Part shown: positions 26,125 through 34,905 of the stretch, one piece after another
Numbering within the stretch: the first letter of the stretch is position 1
Layout: each line of letters begins with the position of its first letter
NCBI GenBank assembly: GCA_021463645.1
Contig: JAJTYI010000005.1
Location: 680-64,679 of the forward strand
DNA: 64,000 nt
Direction: 5' to 3'
DNA from: a bacterium
GTDB lineage: Bacteria; Patescibacteriota; Dojkabacteria; B142; OLB20
The notes under the pieces: generated by a model
What the model was told of the DNA's origin: nothing
The model's input: the letters and a program-made list of their open reading frames with translations, nothing else
The model's database searches: none
Made by a program: the position numbers and the translations under genes

Positions 26125-26694
26125 TTATTGACATAAATTGTTAAATTGAATTTGCTCTCCAGGATCAAGTGTTCCACCTCTTGCGACTTCTGCAAATAGA
26201 CCTTCACAAGTTCTGCAATCTCCACCATTGATACCCTCTGCTCTACAGCTATCACAACCGACACTATTTGGTGCACTTAAACAAGTTTGATAAAGATTTG
26301 GTTCAACTGGACTAGTTCCAAAAAATACGAACACAAGAATAACTCCTACAATGGCGATCATCATAGCTGCGATACCCATAAATATTGCCTTGATGGCTTT
26401 TTGGGCTTCTTCGATTTTTCCTGGGTCACCTTGTGATTGGATATATTTGAAAGATGCTAGTAAAGCATAAATTACCGCAACTACAATAATCACACCCAAA
26501 GCTATGAACAACCCTACCCTCACTCTACTGACAATAAAAGAAGCAGTACCAGACCCATCTGGTCCTAAGAGATTGAACAGACTTAAAATTTGATCTGGTA
26601 AAAAGGAGGGATTAGTCTGAGCACTTACTCCGACCGAGAGTAGTACTAATATAATTGGAGTCAGTAAAAGACTTGATAATACTTGTTTTTTCAT
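26125..26694 (-). CDS. VirB2/TrbC-like pilin-family protein, tandem paralogue P4 (most divergent of the four)
   Basis: 189 aa. The core is conserved (…SQGDPGKIEEAQKAIKAIFMGIAAMMIAIVG…). The six-Cys tail has different spacing and ends NNLCQ. Confidence 0.65.
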   Translation of the reverse strand: MKKQVLSSLLLTPIILVLLSVGVSAQTNPSFLPDQILSLFNLLGPDGSGTASFIVSRVRVGLFIALGVIIVVAVIYALLASFKYIQSQGDPGKIEEAQKAIKAIFMGIAAMMIAIVGVILVFVFFGTSPVEPNLYQTCLSAPNSVGCDSCRAEGINGGDCRTCEGLFAEVARGGTLDPGEQIQFNNLCQ

Positions 26695-26762
26695 AATTTA
26701 TTTATTAAAGATAACAAATTTTAAACTAATTTTATTTAAATAGCAAAACAATTACAGCAACA

Positions 26763-27500
26763 TTATTCACATCGAAAACTGTTGGGATTGTTATTAACAC
26801 TACCAGTACAAGTTAGTCCTGCACAGCATGACCCAACTGGATTCCCATTAATATTACATAACTGACCACTCGATAAGCATACATTTGAGACGTTACTGTT
26901 CCCGTGTGTGCTGTTCAGTGCACATTCACTTGGTATAGCACTTTGAAATTCAATGATATCGATATACTCCGTATCGCCATCTTCACAACAGACTACATAA
27001 TATTGAGGTCTGGTTGATCCTGCAGACTCAAGGTAATCGTCTAGAAGTTCTATATAAGATTTTCTAATCACTTTCGTAGGATCATTGGGATCGGGTTCAA
27101 ACTTGCCTTGGAAATAAAACCTTCCAGAGGCAGGACCACCTTGATTACATTGCCTTAAGTTCTCAGCCCAATTCCAAGGTGCACCAACTCCCATAAATAC
27201 AGCAGCAAAAGTAATCACTAGGAAAAACAACAGGAAATACGATATTCCGATCCATACACTTTTAATAGTTTTCCAGCCTTTTTCAATCTTCTGTGGATCT
27301 CCAAAACTTGATGTAATGCTAAATGCTCCATATATAGCAAATCCTAGCCATGCGACTACAAGAATTGCTAGGAAAAGGAACATTAGGAAACCGATAGCAG
27401 AAAAGATACCATTCGAGAAAAAACCTCCATAGGACGGTAGGTCAAAGACAAATTCAGTACCTGGAATGTAGAATTGATTTGATATTAAGCTAAAATTCAT
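26763..27500 (-). CDS. Pilin-family hairpin protein with a ~150-aa Cys-rich C-terminal ectodomain ending in a knottin-like motif
   Basis: The track ORF runs to 27656, which would overlap the upstream gene by 119 nt. The internal ATG at 27498-27500 (MNFSLISNQ…) is more plausible. The core is helix - SFGDPQKIEKGWKTIKS - helix. The C-terminus is CLSSGQLCNINGNPVGSCCAGLTCTGSVNNNPNSFRCE. Confidence 0.55.
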   Translation of the reverse strand: MNFSLISNQFYIPGTEFVFDLPSYGGFFSNGIFSAIGFLMFLFLAILVVAWLGFAIYGAFSITSSFGDPQKIEKGWKTIKSVWIGISYFLLFFLVITFAAVFMGVGAPWNWAENLRQCNQGGPASGRFYFQGKFEPDPNDPTKVIRKSYIELLDDYLESAGSTRPQYYVVCCEDGDTEYIDIIEFQSAIPSECALNSTHGNSNVSNVCLSSGQLCNINGNPVGSCCAGLTCTGSVNNNPNSFRCE

Positions 27501-27537
27501 TTGGTTAAACTTATTATTAATTATATTACAAGCTTTT

Positions 27538-28257
27538 TCACATACATTTCTTGAAACCGGCCACAGGATCAAGTACGCAGGAATCTTGTGGGTCAGCACA
27601 AACCGTATATCCTCCACAATTTCCACCTCTTGGAACAACCCTAGGCTGAGGTACAATACTTATATCAAATAAACTTCCCGTCAGTCCTAAAAGTAATGAG
27701 ACAAGTTGGATAATACCTATGAATGAGAGACTCAATATCACACCTACAACTGCATTTCTAAAAATTTTAACAGCCTTTTCGATTTTTTCTGGATTATCCG
27801 CGGCTGTTGATCTTTCCCAGACACCCCATAGTCCCATAATTACGGTGGCAAATATGATCAAACTTATCATTGCGTAGAATCCCAGCCGCACCAAAATAAC
27901 TGTACAATACGGATCGTCAGCTGGTCTATCAATCGTCTCCGGATCTGGACAAAGCTCTAATCCAAAAATATTAAATGCCTCTCTATATCTCCCAGGAATA
28001 TCGTCATACATAATTTCAAAGGATAGATTATGACAGTTAACTTGATCTGACTCGAGACAGTTTAAACCCTGGTCTACACAAGCTTTATTACATAGCGAAC
28101 TACACACAATCGGATCATTTGGAGATCTTGTTGCGAGATATTTTGAACATTCCGGATCAATTACCAGTTCTACATTAGCCCCTTGCGCATTAACACTAAA
28201 GCCCTGAATAAAAGTAACGATTAAGATTCCAAATATTAAAAATAGTAGTTTCTTCAT
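27538..28257 (-). CDS. Pilin-family hairpin protein with Cys-rich N-terminal ectodomain and 4-Cys C-terminal tail
   Basis: 239 aa. Signal peptide (…SVNAQ). A Cys-rich region of about 110 aa. The core is helix - AADNPEKIEKAVKIFRN - helix. The tail is GGNCGGYTVCADPQDSCVLDPVAGFKKCM. Confidence 0.55.
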   Translation of the reverse strand: MKKLLFLIFGILIVTFIQGFSVNAQGANVELVIDPECSKYLATRSPNDPIVCSSLCNKACVDQGLNCLESDQVNCHNLSFEIMYDDIPGRYREAFNIFGLELCPDPETIDRPADDPYCTVILVRLGFYAMISLIIFATVIMGLWGVWERSTAADNPEKIEKAVKIFRNAVVGVILSLSFIGIIQLVSLLLGLTGSLFDISIVPQPRVVPRGGNCGGYTVCADPQDSCVLDPVAGFKKCM

Positions 28258-28613
28258 GAAGGATTGGTGATTAATAAATCAATGCCAAAAATTGCCCCGA
28301 TAGTCGCAATTATCAATGGTGCAAGCATAATTAATGCAAAACCAGTCGTGGAATAACCTATTATTAAAATAGCTTTTTTCGCTTTTTCCGGATCAGCACC
28401 AGCAGTCAGCCTCATATATCCAGCATACAAAAGCATAGCCAAATAAAGCAATACAGCTATAGGCCGTATCCAACGGGAAATTGTACTAATTGAGGTTTCC
28501 AAATCTTTAAAAGCTTCACTTACAGGATTTATAATCCCCACTGCGTGACTTTCACTAGGGAAAAGGATAAATAAGACCACTATTGAAATTAATACTAAAT
28601 ATGCTTTTTTCAT
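28254..28613 (-). CDS. Minimal VirB2/TrbC-like pilin (no Cys-rich domain)
   Basis: 119 aa. Signal peptide (…SESHA). The core is helix - AGADPEKAKKAILI - helix. It has the size and topology of canonical T-pilin/TrbC. Overlaps the next gene by 4 nt. Confidence 0.6.
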   Translation of the reverse strand: MKKAYLVLISIVVLFILFPSESHAVGIINPVSEAFKDLETSISTISRWIRPIAVLLYLAMLLYAGYMRLTAGADPEKAKKAILIIGYSTTGFALIMLAPLIIATIGAIFGIDLLITNPS

Positions 28614-28620
28614 TTTGATA

Positions 28621-29784
28621 TTAGCCTAAGAAATTAATTGGTAGTAATTGTAAAAGATTGATACCCAAGAATCTCAATAATGGGATGGTAACAGCTAATG
28701 TAATCAACGCCCAGATAGATGAAGTTATCATGTCTTTTCCTTCTTGGATTTTAGCTGGATCGGTACTCTGTCTCAGAATCGATCCCCACATAATCCTCAA
28801 TACACCAAATCCACCTAACATTCCGAAACCTATTTGGAACAGTCTAGTGATGAATTCATTTTGCCTTGTATCTACACACCCAATAGAGCTATAAACGAAT
28901 GCTTTAGGTGCGTTTGGATTATTTGGGTCGATGTTCTTCATGAAGCACTCCAGACAATTTTGTCGCTCTGCTAAATCATCTATCTCTTGACATGAACTTA
29001 TATCTGGGTTGATACTGACAAGAGTTAATACTACGGGATCCACTGCTTGTTGGTATGAACAGAATAGGTCCTTCAAATCTTCACCATCTGGACCATAGAC
29101 TCCAACCATGCTTGCCCCCTGAGGTAGACAAATATAGTCAAGTGTTTGAGATTGTGTCAATGGATAACTATTTGTATTATTGTCCTCTAATAAGGTCTTC
29201 CTCTGAAAAGTAGGATTGTCAACCAAACATGCATCAGATGGGCATGTAAATAGAGGTGCTCCGAGTTTATATGGAAAACTTGAGGCTGTTGCAGTAACAT
29301 CAGTAAAAGGTGTAGACATTACAGGGTTAACACTACTATTATTATCTAAAATACATTTCCCTCCCTCATCAGATACAGTATTTCCAGGACAGCAAGTTGT
29401 CCTATTTTGATATCCTAACAAACCGATTTCTCCTATTGCACAACAACCACCCCCAGAATATTCTCCTTCAAACTTCAAATAAGGAATTGCCTTACCACCT
29501 GGACAGTATCGAACATATCGTTCATTTGCCCAACCAACTGGATCATCTATTTTTTGTATATGTAATGATCTGTCTGTCGTACATATCTTGAAGCTTTCTG
29601 CCTCTATCATCGAAGCAGTCACACTCCCACTATCCGAGTTTTTTATCATATCCCTAGTGATTTTATACTCGCCAGTCGCATTATTACAATAGTCAGACTC
29701 AACCCACGCTTGCTGTGCTCTTACTCCCTGAGGAAATACCGCAATTAACAGAAACACCCCTATGATTAATCCTAAGATTTTCAT
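28621..29784 (-). CDS. Large Cys-rich ectodomain protein with a C-terminal pilin-family hairpin
   Basis: 387 aa. Signal peptide (…GVRAQ). An ectodomain of about 300 aa with 16 Cys by my count (includes GGGCCAIGE and TTCCPG). The C-terminal core is helix - QSTDPAKIQEGKDMITS - helix. Confidence 0.55.
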   Translation of the reverse strand: MKILGLIIGVFLLIAVFPQGVRAQQAWVESDYCNNATGEYKITRDMIKNSDSGSVTASMIEAESFKICTTDRSLHIQKIDDPVGWANERYVRYCPGGKAIPYLKFEGEYSGGGCCAIGEIGLLGYQNRTTCCPGNTVSDEGGKCILDNNSSVNPVMSTPFTDVTATASSFPYKLGAPLFTCPSDACLVDNPTFQRKTLLEDNNTNSYPLTQSQTLDYICLPQGASMVGVYGPDGEDLKDLFCSYQQAVDPVVLTLVSINPDISSCQEIDDLAERQNCLECFMKNIDPNNPNAPKAFVYSSIGCVDTRQNEFITRLFQIGFGMLGGFGVLRIMWGSILRQSTDPAKIQEGKDMITSSIWALITLAVTIPLLRFLGINLLQLLPINFLG

Positions 29785-29787
29785 AAT

Positions 29788-32364
29788 TTATTTAATTGTA
29801 TATTTATTTAAACTTTCTATGAATATTGTGCTCCCGCTTTGAATTTTCCTCTCTATAATTAATTGAGCAACTAGGTCTTCAATCGTGTCTGTCACTACCC
29901 TTCTTAATTCTCTCGCTGCGTATAAATTATTGTATCCTAAATTTGCCAACTCTTGTAGCAAGTTCCTACTATATTCAAGTTTGATACCTTTATCAAATAA
30001 CCTATCTGCAACCGACTTCATCATTAAATTGGCTATTTCTTCTACCTCCATTCTAAGCAAAGGCTTGAACATAATCAACTTATCAAATCTATTGAGGAAC
30101 TCAATCCTCAAGAAATTTCTTAAAGTTGGCATAATTGCTTCCAGAACTTCACTGTAACGACGACCTTGTGAAATTAAATCTGCAATTTCTTTCGATGCGA
30201 CATTGGAAGTTGCAATAATTATCGTATTGGTGAAAATTACCTCTCTTCCCATCCCATCGGTGATTTTTCCCTCGTCCAAAATTTGCAAGAACAAGTCAAG
30301 AACACGCGGATTTGCTTTTTCAATTTCATCAAGCAGAATTAATGCGTATGGTTTTGCTTTTACAGCTTCCGTCAAATATCCTCCAACAAATTCCTCACCT
30401 TCTTGCATTCCAATCAATCTTCCTAGATTTCTATCCTCTTGATATTCTGACATATCGAGCCTTATCATTTTATCTTCATCACCAAAGTATAGCTCAGCGA
30501 CTGTTTTTGCCAACTCGGTTTTACCAACTCCAGTTGGTCCGAAAAATAGAAAACTCGCCACAGGTCTATTTTTATTGGTAAGACCAGCTCTGGATCTTCG
30601 AAGTGCGGCTGCCACAGCGTCTACTGCTTGATGTTGACCGATAACTCTTTTATGAAGTTCAATTTCAAGTTTATTGAGAAAATCTGATTCTTTCATACTG
30701 ATACTTCCGATTTCTACACCAACTTTTCCTGCTACTAATTTATCCACAACCTCTCTGTCAACGATAGTTTTACCTCCTGCAAGTGCACGAGAAATTGCTT
30801 CTTCTAATAAATTAATTGCTTTGTCAGGTAACACCCTCTCAAAAGCGAATTTATGTGATAACTCGACAGAACGATCTGCAGCTTCAAAAGCAATTTTGAC
30901 TTTGTATGTTTTTTCAAGTTCAGGAATGAAGTCAAATAGTATTTGAAGTGCAATTTCATCAGTAGGCACCTCCATTTTCATTTTATTAAACAACGCGTCA
31001 AGAGCTTTGTATGGTTTTATGTGTCTCGTATACCCTTCAACAGAACTAGTGGCTATGATTCTGAGTTTATGGACATCCATTGCATCAGTCAAAAGATTTA
31101 TAATCTCTGCACTCAACTCTTTCTTCACATTGACCAACTCATCTAAATCATCAATCACAAGAATAATATTTTTAGCTTTTGCCACTTCTTGGACTATATT
31201 TTCGACCGTGGCTTTAAATTGTTGTTCGTTCTCAGCCAATGCGTATGCCCTATTGAAATCAAAACCAACTAAGCGCATATCTTGAATTATTTTGGGGACG
31301 TCCTCTACCACCATTTTGATCGCGAAGTTTTTGATAAATGTGGTTTTACCAACACCCGGTTGCCCCAGAACTAAAGATGCACTTGATTCTCCTGAAGTTA
31401 CCATTGCGATTAAGTTCTTTAGTTCATTTTCTCTTGCGTAAGATAATTCGAAATTACCCTGGACAATTTCCGCGGTGAAATCACGTGAAAATTTAACCAA
31501 ACTTGGGGAGAACACTGAAGTGTATGCACGATTAACCGTTGAAGTTGGTTTAAGCATACTTTTTGTTCTGATGATTTGGAGATACCTGGCTCTCTTACTG
31601 AGGTTCTGCGCCCATAGTCTCATTGCATCAACTTCATTCTCTCCTACTTCAAGTTTCAGTAGTTCGTTTTTAAGGTCGGTTTTGCAAAGATGGATAAATA
31701 GAGACAACTCGTCTGCCTTCTTGAATCCATTCTCTATTGCAATAATAAAACTCTCTCGCAAAACCAATGCTAATTTCTCTTCATCAAAATTGACATTATT
31801 AACCGTATGAATCAGATTATTTAACGTCTCAACACTCAACCCTAATCGAGTACTAGCTGTTTTGACAAGTTCGAGATAACTTAGCTCCTCTAGAATTTTC
31901 TCTAATATGTTACTTCCATCTTTCCTTGCAAGGACTTCATCAATTAAATTTATTAAATCTTTATCAAAATAGTCAGTTATATCAATCTCTGATGGATTCT
32001 CGGCCTTATCAAACTTAATGCGTAATCCATCTAAATCTCTTTGACCAAACTTGTCTAGAAAGATATTTCTATCTCTAACTAAATAAGCACCATACGAAAT
32101 CAGACCGAGTCCAAAATATAGAACTAATTTCGCAAAGGTGTCTACATAAATAATTTCGGACAAAATAAATCTAGAATTGAAATAAGCTTCGTACAAAGCG
32201 AAAAGACAAATTATCACAACTGTGAATGAAATTAATGCCCATCCAACTATGAACTCAATCTTTTGGAGTTCTTTTCTTAATCCAAACTCTTTCGATAGAT
32301 AACCAAAGTTAATTTTTAATTTTGTTTTTCTATACTCACCAAGTGAGTTGATACTTTTAAGCAT
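29788..32364 (-). CDS. Membrane-anchored Clp/Hsp100-family double-AAA+ ATPase (ClpB/ClpC-like, no obvious ClpP-docking loop)
   Basis: 858 aa. Two N-terminal TM helices (IVGWALISFTVVIICLFALY, LVLYFGLGLISYGAYLV). D1 has LGQPGVGKTT and IILVIDDLDE. D2 has VIGQHQAV…FFGPTGVGKTELAK, LILLDEIEKA and ARELRRVV. Ends 3 nt before the first pilin-family gene. Confidence 0.75.
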   Translation of the reverse strand: MLKSINSLGEYRKTKLKINFGYLSKEFGLRKELQKIEFIVGWALISFTVVIICLFALYEAYFNSRFILSEIIYVDTFAKLVLYFGLGLISYGAYLVRDRNIFLDKFGQRDLDGLRIKFDKAENPSEIDITDYFDKDLINLIDEVLARKDGSNILEKILEELSYLELVKTASTRLGLSVETLNNLIHTVNNVNFDEEKLALVLRESFIIAIENGFKKADELSLFIHLCKTDLKNELLKLEVGENEVDAMRLWAQNLSKRARYLQIIRTKSMLKPTSTVNRAYTSVFSPSLVKFSRDFTAEIVQGNFELSYARENELKNLIAMVTSGESSASLVLGQPGVGKTTFIKNFAIKMVVEDVPKIIQDMRLVGFDFNRAYALAENEQQFKATVENIVQEVAKAKNIILVIDDLDELVNVKKELSAEIINLLTDAMDVHKLRIIATSSVEGYTRHIKPYKALDALFNKMKMEVPTDEIALQILFDFIPELEKTYKVKIAFEAADRSVELSHKFAFERVLPDKAINLLEEAISRALAGGKTIVDREVVDKLVAGKVGVEIGSISMKESDFLNKLEIELHKRVIGQHQAVDAVAAALRRSRAGLTNKNRPVASFLFFGPTGVGKTELAKTVAELYFGDEDKMIRLDMSEYQEDRNLGRLIGMQEGEEFVGGYLTEAVKAKPYALILLDEIEKANPRVLDLFLQILDEGKITDGMGREVIFTNTIIIATSNVASKEIADLISQGRRYSEVLEAIMPTLRNFLRIEFLNRFDKLIMFKPLLRMEVEEIANLMMKSVADRLFDKGIKLEYSRNLLQELANLGYNNLYAARELRRVVTDTIEDLVAQLIIERKIQSGSTIFIESLNKYTIK

Positions 32365-32692
32365 TCAATAAAAAAGATGCGAATCCGTAAATCGGAATCA
32401 CAGGTAAAATCAGATAAATTATGAAAATTATCAAAATGATCGGAAGAAGAAGTAATTCAATAAATAACCCTATCAAAACCCATGTCAAACGTATAGGAAA
32501 AGCAATAATACGACCCATCCTGGTGTAGTCCTGATAAAGTGGCTGAAATAGATTTTTAAGCATCGGTGGGACATTCAACAAATTCATCAAGAACATCCAT
32601 CCACCAAAAACTTTACCCAAGACAATCTTGGATTGAACAAGGTACCACCAAATAAAATAATTTAGAAAATATCGATTTATTAAATTGAGCAT
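32357..32692 (-). CDS. Small polytopic membrane protein
   Basis: 111 aa with 2-3 hydrophobic helices. Overlaps the Clp-like gene by 8 nt. Confidence 0.4.
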   Translation of the reverse strand: MLNLINRYFLNYFIWWYLVQSKIVLGKVFGGWMFLMNLLNVPPMLKNLFQPLYQDYTRMGRIIAFPIRLTWVLIGLFIELLLLPIILIIFIIYLILPVIPIYGFASFLLNA

Positions 32693-32767
32693 TTTTAGAG
32701 TTATTTCTCTAATTGTAGTTGAATTTGGTTACTCTATCAATGAAAAATCTAAACTACTATTTACACC

Positions 32768-32796
32768 AAAAAAGATCCCGCACTAAATGCGGGATC
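32768..32796 (-). terminator. Rho-independent terminator downstream of groEL
   Basis: Minus strand: GATCCCGCA-tttag-TGCGGGATC (9-bp stem) followed by TTTTTT. It lies 27 nt after the groEL stop. Confidence 0.8.
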
Positions 32797-32822
32797 TAAC
32801 ATTCTTAGTTCGTTGGATATAA

Positions 32823-34761
<1,939 letters not shown>

Positions 34762-34803
34762 ATGATTATTGGATTAATAAATAATTTAAATAGTTGAGAG
34801 AAA

Positions 34804-34830
34804 TTAGCACTCTCGGACTTTGTGTGATAA
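34804..34830. promoter_or_regulatory. CIRCE-like inverted repeat (putative HrcA operator) in the groES leader
   Basis: TTAGCACTC-N9-GTGTGATAA against the consensus TTAGCACTC-N9-GAGTGCTAA. The left arm matches 9/9 and the right arm 7/9. Confidence 0.6.
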
Positions 34831-34837
34831 GTGTGAA

Positions 34838-34867
34838 ATTTTATGATAAATTTGTCACCTGTGTCAA
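34838..34867 (-). promoter_or_regulatory. Putative sigma-70-type promoter of groES-groEL
   Basis: Minus strand TTGACA (34867-34862), an 18-nt spacer, then TAAAAT (34843-34838), directly upstream of the CIRCE-like element. The -35 sits inside a GTCACC…GGTGAC inverted repeat. Confidence 0.45.
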
Positions 34868-34905
34868 GGTGACCAATCGAACTACTTATCCTGCAAGGGA
34901 TTATA

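Noticed and set aside
23987-26694. Diversity-generating retroelement (TR/VR pair) as the explanation for the variable pilin tails
   Set aside because: No reverse transcriptase ORF is in the window. The P2/P3 mismatches I counted include C/T, G/A, A/T and C/G changes rather than adenine-specific substitutions.
24611-26762. Shared AT-rich leader motif (TTATTTATTAAT-like) immediately upstream of the pilin paralogues, groES and groEL, considered as a special translation or promoter signal
   Set aside because: The motif is short, partly palindromic and made only of A/T in a very AT-rich genome. Other genes such as smpB, yidC and the SDR lack it. Chance cannot be excluded without a genome-wide count.
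26763-27656. The full 297-aa ORF as annotated in the track
   Set aside because: The first 52 codons overlap the 3' end of the upstream pilin-family gene by 119 nt in another frame and encode no signal or TM features. The internal ATG at 27500 gives a normal 37-nt intergenic gap.
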